Positions 10,941 to 23,454 of a stretch of 40,201 nt of DNA are shown piece by piece (positions within the stretch are counted from its first letter, which is position 1; each line of letters starts with the position of its first letter). This stretch comes from Octopus bimaculoides (lineage: Eukaryota), in contig NC_068981.1 of NCBI RefSeq assembly GCF_001194135.2, positions 36,530,912-36,571,112 of the forward strand. Reading direction: 5' to 3'. A program made the position numbers and the translations under genes. The notes beneath the pieces were generated by a model. That model was not told where the DNA came from and did no database searches. It worked only from the letters and a program-made list of their open reading frames with translations.

Positions 10941-12964
10941 CCAGTGTCCTGCAGAGAAGAGTTGCAAAATTTAATGTAGAAGTGTAAAATATGCTTGTTA
11001 ATCACTTTGAATATTTTTATCTATGGCTGCACTCTGTACACTTTAACTTCAAATCCCTCTTAATCATTTCTCTCAACAGCTTCAGCAATTATTTCTTTTT
11101 ACCACATTTAGCTGGTTTGTGAAAATGCACATTTCAGTAAGTTCATCATTTTATATGAAGCATTTCATTGTTTCCTTGAAAATTGTGAGATGTTTAAAGG
11201 GAAAAACAAATCTTGTTAAGATTTATTGTATAAAAGATAAAAGGTGAACTGTTAGCTCATCTTTTATCTTTGGCTGGTTGCCAGCTGATATTTATGATAA
11301 TCATCAATTTTCTTGTCATTACCCATAAGCTCATTAAGGGTTTGAACATAGCTTTTTGTTTTGTTTTGATTTTCCTTATGCAAAATTATCTCTTCCACCT
11401 CAAAAATTTTTAATATTTGAAATTAGTATATGCAAACGTATATGTTCACACACATACACATATACACGTGTGTGTATATGTGTGTGTTGTTCATATACAT
11501 GTGAAAATTAATTTGTATTAATTAATTGCATTGTATTAATTTACAAAATATTATATATATCAAATTAATTTATTAAAGAATTAAAATAAAATATTAATTT
11601 ATCATCAACTTTTATCTAAAATTTCACCTGATAGAGTGAGCAGAAATTTATGATAGTTACAGCCCTTAGACTAAGGCTGGTTGTTTGAGTAGTACTAACA
11701 ATGCACTTTTCATATATTTATTCAATTGACAAAGGAAAAGTAGGAGTGATTTTTCAATGTTTTCTTCTTACGTATTGGAGTATATGTGTTCTACAAATTA
11801 GGATTCACATGAGCCAAATTTCGTGGGCTAGAGTGAATACATATGGATATAACTCAATACATTTATTCATTCATAACTGTAGTAATCAATGAGACATCTT
11901 GTTTTGCTAAGGAAACCTCCATCTTTTGCTCAATATTCAAGAAATAGCACATCCAGCCATCTAAAAGTAGGAAGGACATATTGGATAATATAGTACTAAA
12001 TATCTAAACAAAATGTAGGATACAAATGGAACACTTTTTGTTACCATGTTTCTTAAACTTTACTGATTTTACTTAATTAATTTAGAAAATGCAGAGTTTA
12101 TCATAAACATGATGTTTGGAAAATAAATTGATATGAAATTTTGATGGATGTTTTTAATTTAGGCCACTTGAAAATTGGAAATTTGTATCATAGAAGCAGT
12201 AGTGGTCTGAGGCAATTTGATGTCAAAAGAGTTTACGATAAGTGTGTTCAATCAGGACAGATATGGAGCTAAAGAACCACAACAAATTATTTATAGTAAA
12301 GCAAAAAGTGTAATTGTAAGTTATGAGCTGTTTGAATTAGTGCAGTAAAGTGGTAAGAAATGAACCACTGACATATTGACCAGTACACAGAACTGTAACA
12401 AATTGGTCAGCTGCAACTGGGAAGAATTTATGATGAAGAGAATTATGACCTAACTGCTTGAAATTATCAACATTCAGAATCTATTATTAATTCCTGTCAT
12501 AAATTGTTGAGTACGGACAAAATTCACTTTTATTAAAATGAAATATTTACAGAGAGTAGTTTAAACAGGTTTCAATGCTCAATTTACTTCTTGTTTATTT
12601 GCTAAACTAAAATGAAAAGTATTCTTTGATAAATTAAAAGCCAAACAAGCAAATAAACCAAAGTTCTCTGCTGAAACAACAGTAGATAAAAGGCTAGAAA
12701 AGTAAAGACTTCAGCTTTTGATAGATATTAGAAATATAAATCTTTGAAATGTTCAATTCCAGAATGTTAAGTTTTAAGTAAAATATAAATGTGTATATAT
12801 ATATTTAAACATCATATGCATACATATGTATGTATATATCTCTCTCTCTCATATATACACACACACACACAAACATATATATAATATGTATATGCATATA
12901 TAAATATTAAACTATCTATATTAACATGTGTTTATATATATATATGTATATATATGTGTGTGTG

Positions 12965-13005
<41 letters not shown>

Positions 13006-13015
13006 NNNNNNNNNN
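13006..13015. other. Assembly gap within TA/TATG microsatellite complex (~12790-13140)
   Basis: 10 N. Confidence 0.99.
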
Positions 13016-13066
13016 GTATATTATTTTGTATATTTGTATGTATATTTGTATATGCATGTAAGTGTA

Positions 13067-13102
<36 letters not shown>

Positions 13103-13238
13103 TGTATGTATGTACGTATGTATATATGCTTGTGTATACACACTGGCAACATTTTTCATAAAATTTTGATCTATTCAGTTTACTGCTGTCATTTCTTTAG
13201 GGCAATTGCTAATGGCTGAGATTTTAATTTCATTTCAG

Positions 13239-13252
13239 ATTCTTTGAAGAAG
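13239..13252 (+). CDS. Candidate 14-nt microexon (x-FFEE-x)
   Basis: TTTTAATTTCATTTCAG|ATTCTTTGAAGAAG|GTAATT. Strong splice sites, and phase-compatible with the 8634-8716 exon (..AYY-R-FFEE..). Confidence 0.25.
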
Positions 13253-13876
13253 GTAATTTAATTTCAGTTACTTAACAAAACTATTTGATTCTTTTGAAAA
13301 TGCTTTTTTTTTAATCAATGTATGCTTACAGAAACAAATAAATATATAGAACCTTTGTTGTTGCTGCTGTATGGAGGAATTTTGTGAATATTTCCAAATA
13401 TTTATCTTTATTGATCATTAAAACATGTTGCAGACTTAAAGGTTCCAATTTCTGGTTCACTGAAATGTTTTATTACATTCAGCTGACAATATGCTGTTTA
13501 TATATGGACCAATGTGGAACAATAGTTTTCAAAGGACTTATCTCTGTAACTTAATCAGCTTCTCATTCGTATCTATATATTTTGACTCAGTATATATCAC
13601 CCGCCTTACTTTTGACCTATTCTTCCTCAAAATTCTGAAATAGCTCAACTTGTAGTTTCTTGTTTGCAAGTTGTAATCAATTGCGTTTTCTTTTCTGCAA
13701 ACTTAAAATCAGAAGAGATGATGCTACTTGTACAATAATAGATAAAAGCCATTAGTGAGAACCAAACTCTGAAATAAAATTAACATAGGGTTGATAGTAG
13801 ATTTTTCCTTAGAAGATAACTACTGTTTTTGCAAACATCAATTGTTTGCAATGTTGTAATCTAAAATTCTGCTGTT

Positions 13877-14530
13877 GAAATCATCATCATCTTAATTCTT
13901 TAACGTCAACTTTTTCCATGCTGGCATGGATCTGACAAAATTTGCAGAGTCAGATTTACTATGACTGGATGTCCTTCCTTTTACCAACATTCACCTGTTT
14001 CCAAGCAGGATAAATATTTTCTCATACTTAACCATGATTTTTTTTGCAGAAAAATGGAGATAGACAACATTGCTTTTATGATGACAATGCTCATTTACAA
14101 CTATCAGATGATGTTTAGGCAAGGGTATGCACAAGCACATAGATACACAAACATATACATAGACACATGTAAAAAGTACCAACACTGGCACCACATAAAA
14201 AGTGCCCAGTACACTTTGTATAGTAGTTGGCATTAGGAAGGTCCTCCAGTTGTAGAAACCATACCAAGCAGACAACTGGAGGCTGGTGCAGCCCTCTGGC
14301 TTGGCAGCTCCTGTAAAACTGTCCAGCATGGAAAACAGATATTAAATGATGATGAGCATGATGATACATATAACAGACTTCTTTCTGTTTCTGTCTGCTA
14401 AATTCACAATACACTCAAAGCTTTTGTTGGTCTGGAGTTATAGAAGATACCCAAGGTGCCATACAGTGTAACTGAACCTAAGACCACATGGTTGGGAAGC
14501 AAGCTTCTCAACTACACAGTCACACCTGCG
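13877..14530 (-). mobile_element. SINE family A (RTE-tailed body variant) with an opposite-strand RTE tail inserted in its CA/TA linker
   Basis: Body and tail at 13877-14125 are the reverse of 32775-33030. Head at ~14375-14530 (CCCAAGGTGCC...CCACATGGTTGGGAAGCAAGCTTCT). The insert at ~14165-14365 is on + and ends in GATGATGA. Confidence 0.75.
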
Positions 14531-15011
14531 TCAAATCAGAATAAATATATATATCTTGCCATCATAAAGGGATTTCATACCAAAAACCACTCATGTTGTT
14601 GAGCAATTGGCTTAAGCATGGTTAGTAATCCAGAACTTAGTGAACATAGAATATGAAATGCATAATGATAAGATACCTACAATAGAACAGGAGGAAAAAA
14701 AATAATCACCATTTGAAGTTAATTGTGAAATATAAAGAAAAGTGATTAAGGAAATAAAGGTAGATTTTAAAGAATGGATTGAAAACTTATGAGTGTACAT
14801 TAAGTGCAAGTGTGTGATCATATTATAGTAATATGTACTTCTGAAAATGTTATGTGTTTCAATAATCTTCTATAATAGATTATACTTCAAAGGTGTTCTA
14901 GGCAATATGTTAAAATCGTTTAATATATACACAAATTATATAAATCTATTTCTTTTTGTTGTATCCTATGATTCCAGTATTATATTAAGTGATATAACTT
15001 GCATAGTCATA

Positions 15012-16278
15012 CTTACTTTTATTTGTTTCAGTTTTAGGACTGTGGCTATGCTGGGGCACCAACGTGAAAGGATTTGTTGAACAAATCAACTCCAGTACTT
15101 ATTTTTAAGCCTGATACTTATTCTACAAGATTCATTTTGCTGAACATTATAGGGACATAAATAAGCTAATATCAGTTGTCAAGGGATAGAACATAAACAC
15201 ACAAACATAGCTACAAACACATGCACATACATATAAATACACACACACATGCACACACAAAGGGTGTTTTGGGTTAAATTTGACGATTTTTATGTTTCTT
15301 GTTTGACATATTGGTGAGCAGCCAATGGCATTGGAGAACATAAAGATTAAAGCTGTAGTTAAGAAAAGGTAGCTGATATGGAGGACTGAAAACCATCTGA
15401 ATATTGGAGAAGAGTTACCTATACCATGATGATTAGCATCAGATATCAAAATGCTGGTGTCATGACTGCTGCTCAGCGTTTTGTGAACACTGTAAATGTT
15501 GTAAGATGTGGCATGGCCAGTTGCAGCGATGGCTATGAAGCCATAATCAGCAGGAAGTGTCTTGGCAGGTGTTCTGACTGCATCTGCATGCCTGAATCCA
15601 TCCCACATCTTTGAACAGGGCTTTAGGCTCACATCAGATGGTTACGTAAAGCTGCTGAAGACTGTAGTCAAACCCTGGCTGGAGATGGCTGCTGCTGGGA
15701 GGCCATATGTGTAGCAGCATGATATGGCTCCTTGCCTTACTTCCAGAAAGAGTTAGATGTGGTTGTAGGAAAAAAAAATCTATGACTTCACCAGCTCTAA
15801 TTTCTGTCTTCTGAATTTCCTCGATTGTAATCCCATGGATGTGTCAAACACAGTTAAAAAACTCTACCTGATTTACCAAGGCTGAGGTGGTGGCAAAGAT
15901 CAAGGAGAAAGAATGCATGTGCCAGGTTCTGGAGCTGTCTTGAAGCCATGGTGGAAGCCAAAGGTACCTATTTTAACTAAACTGTTTTAACTAAACCCTC
16001 AGTCATAAGCTAGTTGCTAATTTTTGATTTTTTAAAGTACTTTTATTTTTGGATGTGATATTGTGGTTTTTATTTCCCTTCTTATGTGCACTGTCAAATT
16101 TAGTCTAAACACTTCATATATACACATATACAATGGGCTTCTTTCAGTTTCTATCTACTCACAAGGCTTTGGTTGACCTGAAGCTATAGTAGAAGCCACT
16201 TGTCCAAGATATCATGCAGTAGGACTGAATCCAAACCCATGTGGTTTGGAAGCAAACTTCTTGCCACACAACCATGCA
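15012..16278 (-). mobile_element. SINE family A split by a transposon: tail 15012-15260, head 16118-16278
   Basis: The tail TTGTTTCAGT...GCTATGCTGGGGCACC matches 22035-22100 and 24735-24790. The head AATGGGCTTCTTTCAGTTTCTATCTAC...GAAGCAAACTTCTTGCCACACA matches 25420-25570. Confidence 0.8.
15261..16117 (+). mobile_element. Tc1/mariner-superfamily (maT/DD37D-like) transposon remnant
   Basis: Frame from ~15600: SHIFEQGFRLTSDGYVKLLKTVVKPWLEMAAAGRPYV*QHDMAPCLTSRKS*MWL...NFLDCNPMD, carrying the QQD.AP.H and SPD.NP.D catalytic-region motifs in decayed form. Degenerate TIRs GTGTTTTGGGTTAAATTTGAC (left) and reverse complement GTGTTTAGACTAAATTTGAC (right). Confidence 0.85.
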
Positions 16279-18891
16279 TGTTAAAAAGAAAATTTGCTAG
16301 ATCCTAAATGTCTGAAGGTCAAAACATCGAAGTAAAAAGTTTGTTTTAAAAATTGTGTGATGAAAATATTAGAGATGTTTAAAAAATTTTCAGTAGAACA
16401 TTTGTTCTTCTGTGACAACATGTAGTGAAGGTGAATATATCATAATCAAATTCAAATTGATTTCTAAGAAGAAAAAAACAAAACAAAGCAAAAAGACAAA
16501 CATATTGAATTTATACAACAAGTGCTCTTTTATGGACACTGATAAAGTTCAAAGATCATTTTTAGGAAATATAAACATAATTATGATTATTTATTTGACA
16601 AGTTTTGGAAGAGACAGACTGTTGAAAAAAAAAATCTAAAATAAAAGATGTTAAAAGGTGATACATGATTCAACTGTTGTGAAACATTTACTTATTCAGG
16701 AAAGCCAAGCTATTTTTTTACATACCTTATTATAACCTTATTGTTGGTCTCATTTTAAATTAAGCTACTTAATTAAGTTATCTTTCAGAACCTTTTCTGA
16801 AAGATTACTCTCAAGAAAAAGTCAGTGTGTATTATACACAACATACTTTTTGGGCATTTCTTCACTCCAATATAGTGGTGTACATTATACGTAAGTGGGC
16901 ATTAAAAACAAATAAGCATGATAATTGAAATAGATCAACAGTCATCTGGTGATCATTTTGAACATATAAGGCAAAGCTCAAAAAATTTTTTTCCTTATTG
17001 ACTCTTGCCATTAGGAGCCATGAGTTAACAGTGTTACTCCAGACTCTCTTAGCTCTTAGCATTTAGCTCTTTGGTATGCTTTGGCAAAACACATTATTGT
17101 CTCTCACTTTTGACTTCAGCCCTGACAGAACAGATTGACCTGCTGTTCGCCTTTCATAGACATTAAAAATGCAACACAACAGAAAAGCTTTCCCTTTCAG
17201 CTATTTCAAACTACAAGCAAGACAAATTAAGATGAATATGACATTATTTGGCAATGTCAGTTTCTTCCAGTTTGAAAAGGTGTGCTAACTTAGTCTTTTT
17301 CTTCTGTGCAATGATCTACAAGCAAGCATGCAGCATTCATATGAAATGTTACTGGAAGAAAAACTTATAGTTATTTTTTTTACAATTTTGAGCAACTCTC
17401 ATAGGCCTAGTCTAAATACATGTTCTTGTGGAATGAAATACAAAATTGCCTTACCTCTTTCCACCTGGTCAATTTTAATGACACTTTTTCTGCACCACAA
17501 AAATTATTCAATTGACTTTGCATGTAGTTTTTTTATGTAAACATTCTTTGATTGATGCTGTAAATTAAAATTTTCATATTCCATGTTTGAATTACTGATC
17601 TATTTCAAAACTGTACTCATCCACCATATATTCTCAAACAATATTGAGTTACTGTACCAATAAAATTGGGAAAAAATTATCTATCTTCTGCTGGAATAGA
17701 GAAAATAAATGAAAAATTATATATAATCTATTACTGTTGTTATCTCTGCGAACATTTCTTTAATTTTCTACAGATACATAAAATTAACATTTAGAAATAT
17801 TACTTTGTCAATCTGTTGGGAAAGTTACAGGATATCAAATGTGCTAACAAATTCATACCGGCAAAATGAATGTTTTAATATGGACACATGTCAAAAGATG
17901 GTGGTACTAATAGATGGTTAAGTTACATAATTCTCCTTGCTATAAATTACTAGTACTCAATTCAGTTAATTATATTGAAGGAGTTAATTTTGTTTACTTA
18001 ACATGTTATATGTAACAAAGGAAAGATGAATATTTTAAAGAACTTAATCTTAAATTAAATGTGCCAGAAATGAAGACCTGATAGTTGTAGCCAGAAAACT
18101 GGTCAAATAAAAGTTAGACATACAGAAATCTGTTGAACAATAGATGATTCAACATCATGTGTAGAAAAAATCTGAAAGTGATGACTGCATAAAACTGACA
18201 ATAAATCACCAGACAGTTAAGAGTACTGCAGCAAAACATGCACATGCACATTAAAAGACAATACAAAGCATTAAATCTCAAATAATCTAATCTCAAATTA
18301 CAATTAAATCAGAAGCATCACTATTACTTTCCTTCTCATGAGTTTAACTCCTCACAAAACATAGCCAATATATGAAAATGTACACCAACAAACAAAATAG
18401 CAAATGTACCCATGTAAACATAAATCAACAAATCTAAACCTACTGAAATACAACACTAATGGCCTAATATATTTAATGGAATTCCCAACATCATTACACA
18501 AAATATCTGTGGACATAATGCAGGGAATAATGCTGCAACTGCAACACAAATCCCTTCAAATTCCTTAAGGCATGATAGGAAAAAAGCCATAGTAAAGGCC
18601 TCTTAATATATATTAAAAAGCATGCATTCAATACACACACACACACACACCCACACACCCTCATGAACAACATTCAAAATGAGAGCCATCAATACCAAAA
18701 ATATCAACATTCTACATACCATGCATTGCTGGTTCCCTTTAAAAGTTGTATACTCCTCCAACTAGAACACTGCAGCATAATCTAAATGCCATCACTTGGG
18801 AAGGTTTCAATATTCACAACATACCATGGCATAAAAATAATGCAAATAATAATGTTGAAGTGCAAAATGGACGGCAAGATGAGGTAATGAA

Positions 18892-19121
18892 GGCAGTGAG
18901 CTGGCAGAAACGTTAGCACACCGGGTGAGATGCTTAGCGGTATTTCGTCTGCCGTTATGTTCTGAGTTCAAAGTTCGCCAAGGTCGACTTTACCTGTCAT
19001 CCTTTCAGGGTCGATAAATTAAGTACCAGTTACGCACTGGGGTCGATGTAATCGACTTAATCCCTTTGTCTGCTCTTGTTTATCCCCTCTATGTTTAGCC
19101 CCTTGTGGGCAATAAAGAAAT
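18892..19121 (+). mobile_element. Full-length SINE family B (tRNA head plus conserved central domain) with perfect 16-bp target site duplication
   Basis: A-box-like TGGCAGAAACG, B-box-like GAGTTCAAAG, core GTCGACTTT..CATCCTTTCAGGGTCGATAAATTAAGTACCAG. TSD AAGATGAGGTAATGAA at 18876-18891 and 19122-19137. Confidence 0.92.
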
Positions 19122-19149
19122 AAGATGAGGTAATGAAAATTAGAAATAA

Positions 19150-20130
19150 GTTACCTGGTAATCTTTGTTTTTTTTTATTGTTGTTGCTGTTGTTCTTTTA
19201 TCTGTCCAATATTTTAAGACCTAATAATCCCTTCATCAGGGTTTAAGGAACTTTCATTGGATAATGTTCCAATTTCCTCTCTTTGGGATAAAATTTTGAT
19301 TAAAATTTTTTCTTATGTTGTTTTAAGCCTTTTTGATGGTTATTTTGCTTAACATGTGAATGATGTCAATTGCTAACATAATATTTTGTGGTATCATTTT
19401 CTCTTTTGTATGAGATGTTTAGTTTGTGTGCTTGTGAGTGTGTCCTTTATGTCAAGTACTGTGTGCTGAGTTCTAATCTATTATTTATTTGTGGGCTGAG
19501 TCTATGTATTAGCTAGGTTTCCTTAATTCTTAAGTTGCCTATATTTCTATCATTGGCTTTAATGCTAATGATAATATGTTTGTCAATGTTTCTAAATTTG
19601 TCAATGTGTCTTTTGAATGAGGATGTGCATGTGTTGAGGTGTTCTTTAATGTAAGTGTGGAGTGTTCAAGTTTTTCTACCAATGTAGAACTCCTTACATT
19701 TGTTGCATTCAATCTGGTATACCACATGTGTCCACTGGTATATACCTGTATCGTGGAGAGGGCAGTTAGTCAGTATGCATTGATTGTTGTTTCTGGATTG
19801 CTTTTTAGATAGGTACCCATGCAGAGAAGAGCTGGAGTGTGTTAACTGTATGTCCAGTCCTTTGTGGATAGCCCTGCGGATAGCTGTGGTTATTTCATAA
19901 AGCAGGTGTTAGAGGTCTTATGCCTGTGGCACCTTTGATTCTTAAGTTGATTCATTGTGGATGTTGGGTATCCATTCATCTTCAGTACATCTATGAAGTA
20001 TGCAGTGTGAACGATTTTGTCCTCTGTCTTGCTACATTTATTCCAGATACATGTAAGTTCATTTCCTATGTATCCAGTTTTAGAACCAAATAATATTGCT
20101 TGGCCATCACCCAAAAATGGGTTTTAACTG
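19150..20130 (-). mobile_element. Penelope-like element 3' fragment (RT C-terminus plus GIY-YIG endonuclease plus pLTR end)
   Basis: Minus-strand peptides CSKTEDKIVHTAYFIDVLKMNGYP (PLE RT thumb) and HVVYQIECNKCKEFYIGRKT*TLHTYIKEH (GIY-YIG, VVY..C..C...YIG...R.KEH), with a hammerhead-like motif downstream. Confidence 0.85.
19206..19241 (-). ncRNA. Degenerate minimal hammerhead at the 3' end of the Penelope-like element
   Basis: Minus strand: CC-CTGATGA-A-GGGAT-TATTAG-GTCTT-AAAA-T-ATT-GG. GAAA is mutated to AAAA and stem III is the palindrome AATATT. Probably inactive. Confidence 0.55.
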
Positions 20131-20499
20131 GTGACTTGTACCACACTGTCAGAAAGAGTAAAATTCTCACTGTTTGCTGTGATTCATGTATGTCACAAAA
20201 GTACCAGTAACAGCATATAAATGATCAATGGTTTGGCTTGTATTCCAACATTTTACAAGCTAAGTCATTTGTAACTCACTTCTTACTACAAGCGTGTCTA
20301 TCTACTTTCTACCTACCTACATAATCTAATTTATGGACAAATAACTTTACACTCAAGAACATTTTACTTTCAAAATGCAAATTTATTAGAACAAGCATTT
20401 TAAACCAGAATATTCTATAAAAGTAGCAGCAAAAAGAATATTTTGACATGACAGGAAAGGGTGATCTTAAATAACTCATTTTGTGTATTTTTTAAAATA

Positions 20500-20700
20500 A
20501 TCTTTCCTACACTAGGCACAAGGCCTGAAATTTTGGGGGAGGGGGCCAGTCAATTAGATCGACTCAGTATGAAACTGGTACTTGATTTATCGACTCTGAA
20601 AGGCAAAGTAGACTTTCGTGGAATTTGAACTCAGCACGTAAAGACAGACAAAATACTGCTAAGCATTCCACATAGTGTGCTAATGTTTCTGCCAGCTTGC
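20500..20700 (-). mobile_element. SINE family B, alternative 3' tail
   Basis: The reverse complement matches the 18892 head/core, but the tail is ..GGCCCCCTCCCCCAAAATTTCAGGCCTTGTGCCTAGTGTAGGAAAG. Confidence 0.85.
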
Positions 20701-21039
20701 CAATTGTGCTTTGTAAATAATAAAATACAAATAAATTCAGTCTAGTAATGATGTAGAGGAAGTAGCATACATAACATAATTGTTCATAGGTTGTATTTTT
20801 TAAGATTTTGCTGATGTGTGTGTATTTTGGTAAGACCTGACTGACATGTTACAAAAACGAACATTTAAGAAAATAAATGAAATTTTAAAATAGTGAAATA
20901 GAAAGTATCCAAAAATATATCTGTAGACATCAAATTGTTTACTGTTTTGCTCTGGTACTGATTTTGGTTTTAGGCTGTGGCCAGGCTATTACATTTTCAT
21001 GTGAGAGAAACCAATGAAGGAGCCTAAAAGTGGTCATTC

Positions 21040-21250
21040 ACCCTTTTAGGGATAATAACCAAATCTCCTTTAAATAACAACTTAGTGTCCTTGAAAAGAC
21101 CAGCTGAATAATGTGGCCTTGGGTTTTTATAACATAGGAAAAAGATGAGATGGTCATGGCTGGAATGCCCTTGATTATAAGGTCTGTTCAATAAGGATTG
21201 TATCAGAGCTAAATAACAACAGCCATATGAGAGATAGCCTGAATCCTGAA
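21040..21250 (+). mobile_element. Dispersed repeat family C (probable SINE body); further copies ~11930-12010, 24255-24450 (+) and 26140-26340 (-)
   Basis: Shared GATGGTCATGGCTGGAATGCC.TTGAT.ATAG...AGAGCTAAA.AACAAC and AAATAGCA.C.AAAT.TC..T.AAT motifs among the copies. Confidence 0.6.
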
Positions 21251-21809
21251 AAAATTGTAATACTGCTAACCTATAACTCATCATTTTATTCTGCAAATCT
21301 ATTTAATATCCGTGGTCTTTAATAGAATCCTTATTAGATATTAAGCTGATAAGAGCAGATAAATACACTTTGATCTCAATCAAATTACTGAGAAGCAATG
21401 TTTAATACGAATTTGAAAGGAAAAAAGTTGAATAGAAGAGAGGCACAGAATAAGGAAAATAATAACACAAAATCAACACCACAGAAATAACAAGGAAAAC
21501 AATAATATAGTGCCAGCTGTTTGTGTAACTGATTATAATAATAAAAAGAAAAAAACCAATGTTCACTGGAAGTTAGTGAGATACTGTTGGTGGCAGTAAT
21601 GATTGTGATGATGACAATGGAAATAATAATAATAAGGAGAAGATAGAGGAATTCTGACAAAATACGATGACCTTCACATCAGAGAGAAGGAGAATGATGG
21701 CAACCTTTCTTAGCTGAAAGCATTTCAATTTTTCCTTGCAGAATCTACCTACAACTGAATGTGAGAACTACATTCTAAGAGCAAGCAATGTGCTAAGAGT
21801 ACTCAGTTG

Positions 21810-21885
21810 TACATACACACATACATACATACATACATACATACATACATACATGTATACATACATACATACATACGTACATACA

Positions 21886-21919
<34 letters not shown>

Positions 21920-21951
21920 CATACATGCATACATACATACATACATGCACG

Positions 21952-21997
<46 letters not shown>

Positions 21998-22025
21998 TGT
22001 ATGTATGTATGTATGTATGTATGCA
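21810..22025. repeat. Compound (TACA)n-(TG)n-(TATG)n microsatellite with self-complementary halves
   Basis: (TACA)n at ~21810-21945 is the reverse complement of (TGTA)n at ~21998-22025. Confidence 0.95.
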
Positions 22026-22258
22026 TGCATGTATATATTCTTTTATTCTTTTACTTGTTTCAGTCATTTGACCATGACCATGCTGGAGCACCACCTTAAG
22101 GGGTTTTTAGTTGAACGAATTGGCCCCAGGACTTATTCACTGTAAGGCTAGTACTTATTCTATCGGCCAGTTTTGCCAAACTGCTAAATTATGGGGATGT
22201 AAACACACCAAGATCGGATGTCAAGTGATGGTAGGGGTGGGGACAAACACAAACACAC

Positions 22259-22260
<2 letters not shown>
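22025..22260 (-). mobile_element. SINE family A tail/body
   Basis: TTTTACTTGTTTCAGTCATTTGAC...GGACTTATTC...TATGGGGATGTAAACACACC. Confidence 0.85.
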
Positions 22261-22308
<48 letters not shown>

Positions 22309-22672
22309 TTCTTTTAACGTCTGTTTTCCATGTTGGCATGAGTTGGACACTTTGACTGAAAACTGGTAAGCTGGGGAGCTGCACCAGGTTCCAACTTGAT
22401 TTGGTATGGATGGATGCTCTTCCTAACGCCAGCCACTCCAAAAGTGTAGTGCGTGCCTTTTACATGCTACTGGCATGGTTTCCAGTTATGCAGCACCAGC
22501 ATCGGGCATGACTATGATCTCACTTGGTTTGATAGGTCTTCTCAAGTATGGTATATCGCCAAAGGTCTTGATCACTTGTCACTACCTCTGTGAGGCCCAA
22601 CATTTGAATGATATTTTTTATGTGCCACCGGCATGGGTGCCAGTTATGTGACATTGGCATCAGCCATGACTA
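22261..22672 (-). mobile_element. RTE-family 3' UTR and tail with (ATC)n
   Basis: (ATC)n then TTTAACGTCTGTTTTCCATGTTGGCATGAG...GGATGCTCTTCCTAACGCCAGCCACTCC. Collinear with 31155-31500. Confidence 0.85.
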
Positions 22673-22703
22673 CGATTATGATTTCAAGTATATACAAATA
22701 TAA

Positions 22704-22746
<43 letters not shown>

Positions 22747-23011
22747 NNNNNNNNNNNNNNNNNNNNNNNNNNNNNNNNNNNNNNNNNNNNNNNNNNNNNN
22801 NNNNNNNNNNNNNNNNNNNNNNNNNNNNNNNNNNNNNNNNNNNNNNNNNNNNNNNNNNNNNNNNNNNNNNNNNNNNNNNNNNNNNNNNNNNNNNNNNNNN
22901 NNNNNNNNNNNNNNNNNNNNNNNNNNNNNNNNNNNNNNNNNNNNNNNNNNNNNNNNNNNNNNNNNNNNNNNNNNNNNNNNNNNNNNNNNNNNNNNNNNNN
23001 NNNNNNNNNNN
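22747..23011. other. Assembly gap in (TA)n
   Basis: N run. Confidence 0.99.
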
Positions 23012-23034
23012 ACACATACATTTTTATGAGCATG

Positions 23035-23319
23035 GCTACCTGACTGGCTTCCTGGCTTCCATGCTGGTGGAATGTAAAAAGCACCATTCAAACGTGATCA
23101 GTGCTAGTACCTCCTGACTGGCCCTCATGCCGGTGGCACATAAAAAGCACCCACTATACTCTTGGAGTGGTTGGCATTAGGAAGGTCATCCAGCTATAGG
23201 AACCATGCCAAATCAGACTGCTGCCTGGTACGGTCTCCTGGCTTGCTAGTCCTCAGTCAAATCGTCCAACTCAAGTCAGCATGGAAAGCGGGTGTTAAAT
23301 GACAATGATGATGATGATG

Positions 23320-23320
<1 letters not shown>
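23035..23320 (+). mobile_element. RTE-family 3' UTR and tail with (GAT)n
   Basis: GAGTGGTTGGCATTAGGAAGGTCATCCAGCT...CAGCATGGAAAGCGGGTGTTAAATGACAATGATGATGAT. Confidence 0.85.
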
Positions 23321-23351
<31 letters not shown>

Positions 23352-23415
23352 TTGCGTGTGTGCATGCATGTATGTATGTACGTATGTATATGTGTGTGTG
23401 TGTGTACTTGCGTAT

Positions 23416-23454
<39 letters not shown>

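Noticed and set aside
2509-13695. Minus-strand exon candidates (about 2509-2537 and 13610-13695)
   Set aside because: The splice sites are plausible but the peptides are unrecognisable and no consistent chain could be built.
15147-15632. 161-aa minus-strand ORF
   Set aside because: Antisense to a decayed Tc1/mariner transposase and running into a SINE.
18060-18600. A-rich region with partially open frames, possible decayed transposon ORF
   Set aside because: No diagnostic motif could be identified.
18892-18980. tRNA gene
   Set aside because: The A/B boxes belong to a SINE head; no cloverleaf can be formed.
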